DNA of 40,867 nt from Spirosoma fluviale (GTDB lineage Bacteria > Bacteroidota > Bacteroidia > Cytophagales > Flexibacteraceae), in NCBI GenBank assembly GCA_945902135.1, contig CAMDMI010000001.1, positions 1-40,867 of the forward strand, read 5' to 3'. The notes below the pieces were generated by a model. The model saw nothing but the letters and a program-made list of their open reading frames with translations. It made no database searches and had not been told where the DNA came from. Positions 1 to 9,297 of the stretch are shown piece after piece. Position 1 is the stretch's first letter, and every line of letters begins with the position of its first letter. A program made the position numbers and the translations under genes.

Positions 1-2547
1 AACTTCGAAGAAATCGTCGTCCCGGTGCTTTTCGCGGATTTCCTTGCGTTTTTCTGCGGAATCAGGCATTTGCTTCAATGATTTAATTACCTGATAAACA
101 GCAATTACCTGCTCGGCCCGGGTGCCTTCCATGCCTAAGTTGAAAAGAATCTTAAAGCCTGCTTGCTGCCTTGCCGGATCTTTTTCACTTTCGATAAAAC
201 GGCCAAAAGAGCGAACCAGTTCATAAATTTCAACATCTGCCTGCTTATTCAGAATGGAAACAAACCAATCGAAGGAAGCCTTTCCAGGACGACTTTCATA
301 ATAAGCCGACAACACAGCATCGTAGGAATTGTCCTTGTCCTCGGAAATCAATTTCATCTTTTCACCAGAATCAGGGTATTCCTCCAACAGATATTGCTTA
401 TAGGCCAACGAAGAAACTGCCAGAGAAGAATCAAGCGTAGCCTTTTCCAAAATTCTTTGCTTGCCATCAAATTTCAACTCTGTCAGGACTTTCAGGGCTG
501 CCTCCCGAACATCCGGCTTTGGATCGGCACTGGCCAGATTGATAATTAACTTAAGATATTCCATTCGGATAATACTATCCATTTCCTGAATTGCCTCAAG
601 GGCATATTCACGACAAAGCCAGAACTTGTCATTCAAAGCCTCCTTTAGAATGGTCTTTATCATTGTCTTGTCGACAAAACTATTTCGCAATTGACCGAGC
701 GCCTCAGCCCTATGAATTCCCCTTTTGGATAAACGATACTGGGCAATCCATTCTTTTGGCATACGGTCGAAATCCATATTTGCCAAAACAGAAGCATCTG
801 CATCCCATAAAATCAATTCTGGTTGAGCATCCATTTTAAACCGGAAGGTATCTTCCAAGTTGCGCAGTTTTAAAACTTCACGCCGGGACTTCCCATTCAC
901 CCAAATCTCCACCGGAAAATCAATTCGATAAACTGGAAAATAGCTGGTATCCTGGGTCTGATTGACAGAAATTATAAGCTCATTTCCCTTGAATTTAGAT
1001 TGAAGCGCAAGCTCTGGATGGCCCGCACTAAGAAACCACTGGTTAAAGAACCAATTAAGGTCGCGGCCACTTACCTCTTCAAAAGCCAAGCGCAAATCAT
1101 GCACTTCCACCGTTTTAAAAGCATGCTTTTTCAGGTAAAGTTGTAGTGCGGAAAAGAATGCTTCGTCGCCAAGTTCCTTTCTAAGCATGTGTAGAATGCG
1201 CCCTCCCTTTGCATAGGAATGGCTGTCAAACATGTCGTCTGGCTTATCATGGTTGTACCGGATAATAGGCTCCCGCTTTCTTGAGGACTCATAAAAATAC
1301 TGCTGCTTTTCACGAAGGCCACCATAATCGGCATCGTCAACACCAAGGCGCTGCTCATCCCAGAGGTATTCAGAATAATTGGCAAATGACTCATTCAGAG
1401 GCAGGTTGGCCCAGCTTTCCAAAGTAACCAGATCTCCAAACCACTGATGAAAAAGCTCATGCGCGATAATCCCATCCCAATCGTGGTCAACGAGTTCTTT
1501 GCGGCTGCCTTGAAGCGATTCCATAAATACAGAGGCTGAAGTATTTTCCATGGCGCCTGAAACGAAATTCCTCACCACCACCTGGTCGTATTTTGGCCAT
1601 GGGAAAGGGTAATCAAGAAGCTTAGAAAAATGCGCAATCATGGCTGGGGTCCGGCCAAAAATCTTACGGGCAACCGGCTCGTATTTGGGCTCTACCCAAT
1701 AATGGAGCGGAAGTTTTTCCAGCTTGTCGGATACTACGGCAAAATCACCCACAGCCATCATAAAAAGATAAGGCGAGTGTGGAAGTTTCATTTCCCATAC
1801 ATCGGTTCTCGAACCTTTTCCATCCTTTTTGGAAGAACTAAGCAAGCCGTTTGACAAGGTTTTGAATTTATCCTCAACGGTAATGTGCATTTCCTGCGTG
1901 CATTTTTCATTGGGTTCGTCGATGGTAGGAAACCAGCAGGAAGAACCTCGGGTCTCGCCTTGTGTCCAGATTTGTCGGGGCAAATCGGCACTTTTCCCAT
2001 TCGGGTTAATAAAGTAGAGACCTTTGTCGTCTGTAATGGCTTCACTGCCACCTTTCGGCAAATCAGATGGTTTTGCCACATATCCAATGCTTAAATCCAA
2101 AACCTGAGCTTTGGAAAAAGTCTTGCCTCCGAATCCAATATGCAGTTTAAGGCCGTCGTATCTGTAGGAAACTGGAATAGTATTTTTGCCAAACTTTGCA
2201 TTGACAAAGGCAATATCAAAACCTCTGGCATCCAGAATGAGTGAATCCTGGGCAAAGAAAAGCGGTTCAATTCTTAAATCGGCCTTGCCATTAAGCTGTT
2301 GCTTTTCCCAGTTAAAAGAAACCTCAAGCCGGGTATGGATCAGATCCCATTTTCGCTCTGCTGATTCTTTGTAGGAATAAACTTTTGGGGCCCAAGGCGG
2401 AACCGGCCTTGACTTAAAAATTTCTACTACAGAATCAGCTGGAAGAACAAAAGCCTGAGAAGAACCTAAGGCAGGATTTGTTTTTGGTTTTTTCGCGCAA
2501 GCCAGCAGAAAGAAAGCCGGCAGAATAATTAAGATATACTTGGCCAT
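1..2547 (-). CDS. pepN: M1-family zinc aminopeptidase (aminopeptidase N-like), probable lipoprotein; the 3' end runs off the left edge of the window
   Basis: Own minus-strand translation from the ATG at 2547..2545: MAKYILIILPAFFLLACAKKPK (lipobox LLAC). It contains a GAMEN motif (NFVSGAMEN, ~1541-1567). The zinc site is HELFHQWFGD...LNESFA (HExxH-x18-E, ~1381-1461). The frame (2547 = 3 x 849) stays open to base 1, so no stop lies in the window. That explains its absence from the supplied ORF track. Confidence 0.85.
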   Translation of the reverse strand, partial: MAKYILIILPAFFLLACAKKPKTNPALGSSQAFVLPADSVVEIFKSRPVPPWAPKVYSYKESAERKWDLIHTRLEVSFNWEKQQLNGKADLRIEPLFFAQDSLILDARGFDIAFVNAKFGKNTIPVSYRYDGLKLHIGFGGKTFSKAQVLDLSIGYVAKPSDLPKGGSEAITDDKGLYFINPNGKSADLPRQIWTQGETRGSSCWFPTIDEPNEKCTQEMHITVEDKFKTLSNGLLSSSKKDGKGSRTDVWEMKLPHSPYLFMMAVGDFAVVSDKLEKLPLHYWVEPKYEPVARKIFGRTPAMIAHFSKLLDYPFPWPKYDQVVVRNFVSGAMENTSASVFMESLQGSRKELVDHDWDGIIAHELFHQWFGDLVTLESWANLPLNESFANYSEYLWDEQRLGVDDADYGGLREKQQYFYESSRKREPIIRYNHDKPDDMFDSHSYAKGGRILHMLRKELGDEAFFSALQLYLKKHAFKTVEVHDLRLAFEEVSGRDLNWFFNQWFLSAGHPELALQSKFKGNELIISVNQTQDTSYFPVYRIDFPVEIWVNGKSRREVLKLRNLEDTFRFKMDAQPELILWDADASVLANMDFDRMPKEWIAQYRLSKRGIHRAEALGQLRNSFVDKTMIKTILKEALNDKFWLCREYALEAIQEMDSIIRMEYLKLIINLASADPKPDVREAALKVLTELKFDGKQRILEKATLDSSLAVSSLAYKQYLLEEYPDSGEKMKLISEDKDNSYDAVLSAYYESRPGKASFDWFVSILNKQADVEIYELVRSFGRFIESEKDPARQQAGFKILFNLGMEGTRAEQVIAVYQVIKSLKQMPDSAEKRKEIREKHRDDDFFEV

Positions 2548-2577
2548 GAGAATCCAAAATATTAATGAAAGGTTTTA

Positions 2578-4959
2578 TTAATCCAAGATGGCAATTTTAC
2601 TTGTACAGGTAGCCTTGCCATCGGGCGTTGATGTTAAAATCAGATAAATTCCTGGAGGTGCTTTTACACCATCATAAGTAAAACCATCCCAAGTAGCCAT
2701 TGAGCCTTTGGCGGTGGTTTTATACACAAGTTTTCCGGAAGGCGTCACAAACTTCACTTCCGCGTTTGTGGCAAGTCCTTGAATGGCAATTGTGCCATCG
2801 AATGCCTTGGGAACAGGATTTGGGAAAACTTTCAGACGACTTTCATCACAGACATCCACCTGGGTTTTTCCCTGGGCATCCAGGTTTTCGGTGGCATCAC
2901 CCTGATAAGAAACCAAGCCATTATCGGTGGCAAAAAACACTTCTCCAGTGGTTTTATTGACAACAATGTCGTAGATATAATCGGAAACCAGAGGACTGTT
3001 TGATGTATTGAATTGTTTGATTACCTGCGTGATATCTTCATTAAACAACCAAACCCCATTGTCTTTTGTGCCAACCCACTTTCGGTTAGCCCCATCAATT
3101 TCAATACAGGTTACAACATCATTTTCAAGTACGGGTCGCCCAGCCTCTGGTGGGAAAATGGGCGTTGAGGCGGAAATCCCTCCATCAAAAAAGGCATTGT
3201 ATGGATTGTAAAATACAGCCAAACCTTTGGATGTTCCCACCCAGATGTATCCGTTTTTATCTTCCTTAATGTCATAAATTTCGTTGGATGGAAGGCCGCC
3301 ACTTCCGGGACTGCTGGTCAGTTTAACCTTGTTGGTTCCAAGTGCATCCAAAACCCAAATGGCAGCATTGTCACTGAGCATGCCAGGTGCCATCCTAACC
3401 CACTTAAAATTGCTCTGGTCGGAGATAATTTCCATTGGGAATTCATCATTGGCAGAAGGCAGAAACACTTTGTTCCATGTCTGGTCTGCGTATGACTTGA
3501 AACGGATTGAGCCTTGTTTGTTGTTAAAACAGGTGGCCCAGAGATTTCCACCAGCATCCACGCAAGAGGAGGTAATTCGGATATAAGTCCGGCCCATATT
3601 CGCCTCGGACGGATCATCACCGTTAAAAATACAATCCGGAATAAAGATATTGCACAAGCCTCCATTGGTGGTGGAGTCGTTTAAAATTCCAAACTGATCA
3701 TCGGCGTTCAGTTTTAAAATACCATAACCAAAAGTTGAAAGATAAAGCTGCTGGTCGGCAGGATTAAAAAAACTGTGGCAAACATCTTTCACCTTGGGCA
3801 TCAAAGGAGTGAATTGCTGGTTATATGTTTTCCAGTCATTTCCGGAAAAAATAGCAAATCCTGCCGTACTGTTGCTGCTTTGGTTTCCAGTTGGATAGGT
3901 ATATCCGCCAGCATTAAGCACTACCTTATCCAAAAAGGTGCTAAGGGAAAAAGATTCAGAAAAATAAGGCCCATTCGGCAAAATCCGGGTGGTATCATTT
4001 TTTCTGATTCGCAAAAGGCCATTGTCGAGATCTGAAACCCAGCAAGTTCCTTCCGCGTCATAAATTGCATCTGATGGCCTTGAAATTTTCTTGTAATACT
4101 CATTATCAAGGATCCGGGTTGTATTGATGGCGGCATTGTCGAGTTCTACCACATTGTCGCTTACGCAGAAAAGGACCTTATCGCCAAACTGACGAACAGA
4201 GCGAATTTCTCCCCCATATGGCGCACGAAGTTCATAGCGGCCGCCGAATTTTACCTGAAGGCCGAACCATGTACCAAGCACAAGTTTATCTCCAACAGAA
4301 TCAAGGGATTGAATATCTACAGGATTGGAAGGAATTCCTGTTTCAGGTCCGATTTTTATCCAACTAGCTGTGTTTTTAATTGGCTTGTTTGCAGGCAGTG
4401 TTTTCAAGCCTTCAGTTGTAACTGCATAAAGTGTATCGGCAAACTTCAGGCAATCCGAAACAACAATGGTATTTCCGCTAGAACCCAGCGCGAGGTTGCT
4501 TTCTTTTACTTCCCGCTTGGCAAGGTTGTAAACCACAATTCCGAAATCACAAGCCAGAAAAGCCAGGTTGCCAGAAAAATGAATGCTGTTTATTTTCCTT
4601 GAACCCAAAACGGCCGAATTGATGATGTCACGAAGATTAAAAATTTGGCCCTGTTTGATCAAGTCCAAATTACCATTCACATAGCCAACCAACATAAGCT
4701 CCTGACTTGGATGCTTTGCAAAAGCAGAAATGCCAACATCACTCAGTCCATTCACCTTATTAAGAATCTCGAGACTTCCATCCAGACGACCATATCGAAA
4801 AATGCCTGAATTGGTTCCAACAAAAATGCTGTTGTCCATTTCGGCCAATCCGATGGCATTGTTGTATGGCAGGTGCATGCGCCAGTTTCCTGGTGGAATC
4901 TGCCCATAAGCGTTTGAAAAAAAGAGGATTAAGAGGATTATATGTAAAACAAACCGCAT
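2578..4959 (-). CDS. porZ: PorZ-like T9SS protein: signal peptide, beta-propeller (two-component-regulator-propeller type) repeats, and a type-A T9SS C-terminal sorting domain
   Basis: 793-aa ORF with an N-terminal signal (MRFVLHIILLILFFSNAYGQ). The N-terminal pattern GLSDVGI...GYVNGNLDLI...KINSIHF...CDFGIVVYNL matches what I recall for PorZ-family proteins. Repeated propeller-like blades are present (IWVGTSKGL, KWVGTKDNGVW, VFFATDNGLVSY). The C-terminus (KVFPNPV...IYLILTS...SKIAILD) looks like a Por_Secre_tail CTD. Size (~790 aa) fits PorZ. The family call is from memory, not from a search. Confidence 0.55.
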   Translation of the reverse strand: MRFVLHIILLILFFSNAYGQIPPGNWRMHLPYNNAIGLAEMDNSIFVGTNSGIFRYGRLDGSLEILNKVNGLSDVGISAFAKHPSQELMLVGYVNGNLDLIKQGQIFNLRDIINSAVLGSRKINSIHFSGNLAFLACDFGIVVYNLAKREVKESNLALGSSGNTIVVSDCLKFADTLYAVTTEGLKTLPANKPIKNTASWIKIGPETGIPSNPVDIQSLDSVGDKLVLGTWFGLQVKFGGRYELRAPYGGEIRSVRQFGDKVLFCVSDNVVELDNAAINTTRILDNEYYKKISRPSDAIYDAEGTCWVSDLDNGLLRIRKNDTTRILPNGPYFSESFSLSTFLDKVVLNAGGYTYPTGNQSSNSTAGFAIFSGNDWKTYNQQFTPLMPKVKDVCHSFFNPADQQLYLSTFGYGILKLNADDQFGILNDSTTNGGLCNIFIPDCIFNGDDPSEANMGRTYIRITSSCVDAGGNLWATCFNNKQGSIRFKSYADQTWNKVFLPSANDEFPMEIISDQSNFKWVRMAPGMLSDNAAIWVLDALGTNKVKLTSSPGSGGLPSNEIYDIKEDKNGYIWVGTSKGLAVFYNPYNAFFDGGISASTPIFPPEAGRPVLENDVVTCIEIDGANRKWVGTKDNGVWLFNEDITQVIKQFNTSNSPLVSDYIYDIVVNKTTGEVFFATDNGLVSYQGDATENLDAQGKTQVDVCDESRLKVFPNPVPKAFDGTIAIQGLATNAEVKFVTPSGKLVYKTTAKGSMATWDGFTYDGVKAPPGIYLILTSTPDGKATCTSKIAILD

Positions 4960-4965
4960 CTGTTT

Positions 4966-5562
4966 TTACAATTTAGGAGAAAGGCTGAAACATTTTCGAC
5001 AACGGGCTTCATATTGAGATTGGGCACCCAACAAAACTTGCTCACTCGATTCATTCAAACGGTAAGAATGAGAAGCCACTCCACCACACTGCATGCAAAT
5101 GGCATGAACCTTGGTTACAAATTCTGCTATCGCCATCAGTGATGGCATTGACCCAAATGGCTTGCCAAGGTAATCCATGTCAAGCCCGGCAACAATCACT
5201 CTGGTTCCCTGGCCAGCAAGGGTTTGAACAACTTCCAAAATAGAATCATCAAAAAACTGGGCTTCATCTATTCCAACCACTTCGCCTTTACTTACATGAA
5301 GAAGAATTTCACTCGCAACAGAAACGGGGGTTGACCGGATAAAATTGTCATTGTGCGAAACAATGTTTTCCTCATGGTAACGGCTGTCGAGAGATGGCTT
5401 AAAAATCTCAACCTGTTGCTTGGCAAGAACGGCACGTTTTAAACGTCGAATCAATTCCTCTGTTTTCCCCGAAAACATGGATCCACAAATAACCTCAACC
5501 CATCCGCTGCCTTTTGCCTTTTCCGCGGAGGCCGGACCCGAAAAGAGCGGCTCAACAAACAT
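4966..5562 (-). CDS. tdk: thymidine kinase
   Basis: GWVEVICGSMFSGKTEELIRRLKR P-loop typical of type II thymidine kinases. C-terminal zinc-ribbon cysteines are present (CMQCG...CRKCF). 198 aa. Confidence 0.93.
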   Translation of the reverse strand: MFVEPLFSGPASAEKAKGSGWVEVICGSMFSGKTEELIRRLKRAVLAKQQVEIFKPSLDSRYHEENIVSHNDNFIRSTPVSVASEILLHVSKGEVVGIDEAQFFDDSILEVVQTLAGQGTRVIVAGLDMDYLGKPFGSMPSLMAIAEFVTKVHAICMQCGGVASHSYRLNESSEQVLLGAQSQYEARCRKCFSLSPKL

Positions 5563-5569
5563 AGAAGGC

Positions 5570-5577
5570 CAAAGATA
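5570..5577 (-). promoter_or_regulatory. candidate Bacteroidota -7 promoter box (TATCTTTG = TAnnTTTG) directly upstream of tdk
   Basis: The minus strand reads TATCTTTG, ending 8 nt before the tdk ATG at 5562. This would imply a very short or absent leader. It is a motif match only. Confidence 0.3.
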
Positions 5578-5702
5578 TAATTTTCACTTAAAGCAAAACA
5601 TGGAAAAAGACAATCAAGCCTTTGACTTGACATGAAGCCTGCTTTTTGCAAAGAATGGTATTGTGTAGATTGCGCCAAAATTAATTTAAGAAAATCAGGC
5701 CC

Positions 5703-6794
5703 ATGACTGCATTATCCTTCATTCTTTGGGAAGCCCGTCCGGAAATCTGGCCCGATGGCCCGGTTCCCCTTCGCTGGTACGGACTAATGTTTGCAGCAGC
5801 TTTTGCTTTGGGTCAATACATCATCAGCTACATTTTTAAGCGCGACGGAAAGGCGGAGAAAGATGTTGACTCGCTTACCTACCACATGATTTTAGGGACA
5901 GTTCTGGGTGCTAGACTCGGTCATTGTCTTTTTTACCAACCAGATTATTATTTGTCTCATCCCATTGAAATTCTAAAAGTTTGGGAAGGGGGACTCGCCT
6001 CTCATGGTGCAACCATCGGCATCATTTTCGCTATGTGGCTTTATTCCCGGAAACACCCCAGTCAGAGCTGGCTTTGGATACTAGACAGGATTGTAATTGT
6101 GGTAGCGCTCGGAGGTGCTTTTGTTCGATTTGGCAACCTAATGAATTCAGAAATTATTGGAAAACCGGCAGATCAGCCTTGGTGCATGGTTTTCCTGCAA
6201 CCATTTGAAAACATCCTTCGAGAATCAGAAAGCGGAAAAATCGATCATTTCAGCTTTACCAAACAAGATGGGGAAACTCTTTTGGACAACATATCCTATA
6301 AAAAATTAAGCCTTAAAATTGTATTTAAACCCAATGGAATTGATGAGGTACAGGCTGAGACTTTTGCATCTATTGCCTTGCCTGCATTTATTTCTAATTC
6401 CAATGGAGATGAAGAACATTTAAGGCTGATTTCCGGACAAAAACCTAAGGTTTTTACCGATGGTGCAGGTCAGACGGTATTAGAAATGGATATACTTGGT
6501 CTTCCCCGGCATCCCGCTATGGTTTATGAATCGATTTCAAACTTTCTGCTGTTTATCTTTCTATTCATGATTTGGAAGAAAAACAAAGATTTACCAGAAG
6601 GAATGCTGTTTTCATTGTTTGTGATATTCCTTTTCAGTTTGAGATTTTTTTATGAATTTCTGAAAGAAAACCAAGTGGATTTTGAGGATGGTCTGGCGCT
6701 GAACATGGGTCAAAACCTCAGCATTCCAATGGTATTGGCAGGGCTTTTTCTGCTCTGGAGAAGCTTAAAATCAACAGAAAAAAAAATTAACTGA
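5703..6794 (+). CDS. lgt: prolipoprotein diacylglyceryl transferase with an enlarged periplasmic insertion
   Basis: Lgt signatures are present: RWYGLMFAAAFALGQYI, WEGGLASHGATIGI, GNLMNSEIIGKP...PWCMVF, RHPAMVYESI. At 363 aa it is longer than typical ~270-290 aa Lgt proteins. Confidence 0.9.
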   Translation: MTALSFILWEARPEIWPDGPVPLRWYGLMFAAAFALGQYIISYIFKRDGKAEKDVDSLTYHMILGTVLGARLGHCLFYQPDYYLSHPIEILKVWEGGLASHGATIGIIFAMWLYSRKHPSQSWLWILDRIVIVVALGGAFVRFGNLMNSEIIGKPADQPWCMVFLQPFENILRESESGKIDHFSFTKQDGETLLDNISYKKLSLKIVFKPNGIDEVQAETFASIALPAFISNSNGDEEHLRLISGQKPKVFTDGAGQTVLEMDILGLPRHPAMVYESISNFLLFIFLFMIWKKNKDLPEGMLFSLFVIFLFSLRFFYEFLKENQVDFEDGLALNMGQNLSIPMVLAGLFLLWRSLKSTEKKIN

Positions 6795-6843
6795 GGGAAG
6801 GCGAATTCGTTTTCAGGATAATTCCTTATTATTGCACCCGAAA

Positions 6844-6897
6844 GGAAGAACGCAGTAACGATTTTCATTCGCGTTGGTACTTCCGCTCCTTTTTTTA
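6844..6897 (+). terminator. possible intrinsic terminator/attenuator between lgt and rho
   Basis: GGAAG-AACGC (6844-6853) pairs with GCGTT (6871-6875) and CTTCC (6880-6884), with a 4-nt bulge. It is followed by a T-rich tract, CCTTTTTTTATT (6888-6899). A second 7-bp hairpin, AATCCCT-caaa-AGGGATT, lies at 6911-6928. Confidence 0.45.
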
Positions 6898-6965
6898 TTC
6901 TGAAAAATATAATCCCTCAAAAGGGATTTCCAACACATTTTATTTATCAATATTTCCGAGCATTC

Positions 6966-8783
6966 ATGCATACTGCTGAAGACCTGAAAAGCTATCTGAG
7001 TTCCGAATTAAAGGAAATTGCCGAAAAGGCAGGAATCGCCAACTTCCGTAAACTTGGCAAAGAAGAGCTCATTCATGGCATAATTGCCGCTCAAAAAGCG
7101 GAGACTCAAAATCCGGCTGAATCTAAGCCACAAAGCGCTTCCTCCGGAGGCGATTCAGGCAGAAAGCGACCACGCATGAAAAAGCAGCTGGAAAACAGCG
7201 ACATGCCAGCCCTTGAGTTTGAAGCACCTGCTGAAGAGCAGATTCAGATTGAAGAAGTTGCTCCAGAAATCCAGGTAAAGAAAAAGACATCGGCCCCGGA
7301 AGACATCTTAAAAGATTTCAAGCTGGACATTGACCAGATCATGGGCACTTTCAACATGCCAGAAGCTACAGCGCCTGCTGAGCCTGCTGCCCACCAAGAA
7401 CCTTCGAAGCCAGCTCCTTCAGAACCAGTTGAAAAATTTCAACCAAGAAACGAAGGACATCAACAAAGAAATGATCGGTTTCAAAGGCCTGAAAGACCTG
7501 CAAATTCTGGTCAGAATGAACGATTTCAGCGCCCAGATAGAGAAAGGGACAGAGAAAGAGCTCCACAGCAACCTCAGGCTGGAAATCCACCGGCTGAACG
7601 CCAAGAAAATCCAGAAGGAGGCGTTCAACAATACAGGCCAAGAAGACAAGACATCAATTTTCGTGAGTTTGACGGCATTGTTTCTAACATTGGAGTCCTC
7701 GAAATTACCAATGAAGGATTCGGTTTCCTCCGCTCTCCGGAATACAACTACCTCGCAAGTCCGGATGATGTTTATGTAGCGCCTAACCAGATCAAAATGT
7801 TTGGCCTGAAAACCGGTGATACAGTTTCAGCTCAGATTCGTGCCCCGAAAGAGGGTGAGCGCTACTTTGCATTGCTTAAAGTTGAGAGCATCAATGGTAA
7901 AACTACAGAAGAAATTCGCGATAGAGTTCCATTCGAATATCTAACACCGCTTTTCCCGGATCAAAGACTCAACTTGAGTACCACACACGATCAGTTATCT
8001 ACCCGCATTTTGGATCTTTTCGCCCCAATTGGAAAAGGTCAAAGGGGAATGATTGTGGCGCAGCCAAAAACCGGAAAAACCGTACTCTTAAAAGAAATAG
8101 CGAATTCCATTTCTAAAAACCACCCTGAGGTTTTCCTGATGGTCCTTCTCATTGATGAAAGGCCGGAAGAGGTAACCGACATGCAAAGAAGTGTAAAAGC
8201 AGAAGTAATTGCTTCAACCTTCGATGAGCAGGCAGAGCGCCATGTAAAAGTAGCCACAATCGCTCTGGAAAAGGCGAAAAGGCTGGTAGAATGTGGTCAT
8301 GATGTGGTAATTCTACTAGACTCCCTCACGCGACTTGCCAGGGCTTACAACACAGTTGTGCCGTCGTCGGGTAAGATTTTGTCAGGTGGTGTGGATGCAA
8401 ATGCGCTGCATAAACCAAAACGATTTTTTGGCGCTGCCCGTAATGTAGAAAACGGAGGCAGCCTTACCATCATTGCAACTGCGCTGATCGATACCGGATC
8501 CAAAATGGATGAGGTTATTTTTGAAGAATTTAAAGGCACAGGAAACATGGAATTGCAGCTGGATCGCCGACTTGCCAACAAGCGGGTTTATCCTGCCATC
8601 GATGTTCCAGCCTCCGGCACCCGCCGCGAAGACCTTTTGATGGACAAGGAAGAATTGCAGCGCGTTTGGATCCTTCGCAAGCACATGAACGACATGAACT
8701 CAATTGAGGCTATGGAATTCTTGAAGGACCGAATGAAGTTTACCAAGAGCAATGCAGAATTCCTTTCTTCAATGAACGGATAA
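6966..8783 (+). CDS. rho: transcription termination factor Rho with a ~190-aa low-complexity N-terminal insertion
   Basis: Rho_N helix bundle ([33 protein letters not shown]). Cold-shock-like RNA-binding domain ([43 protein letters not shown]...[17 protein letters not shown]). Walker A ([11 protein letters not shown]), [13 protein letters not shown], and the C-terminal [14 protein letters not shown]. Confidence 0.97.
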   Translation: MHTAEDLKSYLSSELKEIAEKAGIANFRKLGKEELIHGIIAAQKAETQNPAESKPQSASSGGDSGRKRPRMKKQLENSDMPALEFEAPAEEQIQIEEVAPEIQVKKKTSAPEDILKDFKLDIDQIMGTFNMPEATAPAEPAAHQEPSKPAPSEPVEKFQPRNEGHQQRNDRFQRPERPANSGQNERFQRPDRERDRERAPQQPQAGNPPAERQENPEGGVQQYRPRRQDINFREFDGIVSNIGVLEITNEGFGFLRSPEYNYLASPDDVYVAPNQIKMFGLKTGDTVSAQIRAPKEGERYFALLKVESINGKTTEEIRDRVPFEYLTPLFPDQRLNLSTTHDQLSTRILDLFAPIGKGQRGMIVAQPKTGKTVLLKEIANSISKNHPEVFLMVLLIDERPEEVTDMQRSVKAEVIASTFDEQAERHVKVATIALEKAKRLVECGHDVVILLDSLTRLARAYNTVVPSSGKILSGGVDANALHKPKRFFGAARNVENGGSLTIIATALIDTGSKMDEVIFEEFKGTGNMELQLDRRLANKRVYPAIDVPASGTRREDLLMDKEELQRVWILRKHMNDMNSIEAMEFLKDRMKFTKSNAEFLSSMNG

Positions 8784-9204
8784 GCCGGAAATTTTTCTCA
8801 GCCCCAGGGGCTTTCTTCCAAGCGACTTGGTAAGAAATATTGCATACTGAATACCCATTATCTTTTTCTCAGGAGTAACAGTGAGGGGTATAAATTTTCG
8901 CACGTTTCCAGCCAGCAAAGCAGAGTTTTCATTTGGATTAACATCCGTAAAATTTTAAAGTTTTACCAAATTCTGTCCATCCAATCATTTTGAATTATGA
9001 GGTTAAAAGACTCCAAAACTCATTCATTATGAAGTCTTTGCACATGAAATTGTGATTTGCCTATTTTTTAGGACTGTTCTATCTCAATCTTGCTTACGCT
9101 GATAAAAAGCCTACTTGAGGGCATAAAAGTTTTATCAAAAAATTATGCTTGATGAATCCCAAAATAGTTTTATAATTTTGAACTTTACCAATAAAAATAT
9201 TGGA

Positions 9205-9212
9205 TATATTTG
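9205..9212 (+). promoter_or_regulatory. candidate -7 promoter box (TATATTTG) for the giant ORF; a second match, TAATTTTG, lies at 9173-9180
   Basis: Both sites match the Bacteroidota TAnnTTTG consensus. They lie 86 and 118 nt upstream of the ATG at 9298. Motif match only. Confidence 0.3.
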
Positions 9213-9297
9213 TGGGGGCGAAAGGTAAGAATATCGTCCAAAGCCATTTTTTACCCTCTTAAATGATTCGAAATTTTACCCTCTCCAAAGTGCATGC

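Noticed and set aside
163-2374. Many 60-130 aa ORFs on both strands in the supplied track (163..549, 591..839, 1131..1394, 1630..1854, 1788..2087, 2186..2374 and others)
   Set aside because: All lie inside the long minus-strand M1 aminopeptidase frame, which carries clear catalytic motifs. They are shadow or alternative-frame ORFs, several with TTG starts.
7330-7779. 149-aa alternative-frame ORF and two antisense ORFs inside the rho insertion region
   Set aside because: They overlap the repetitive, purine-rich low-complexity part of rho, where stop codons are rare in other frames by composition alone. There is no independent start context.
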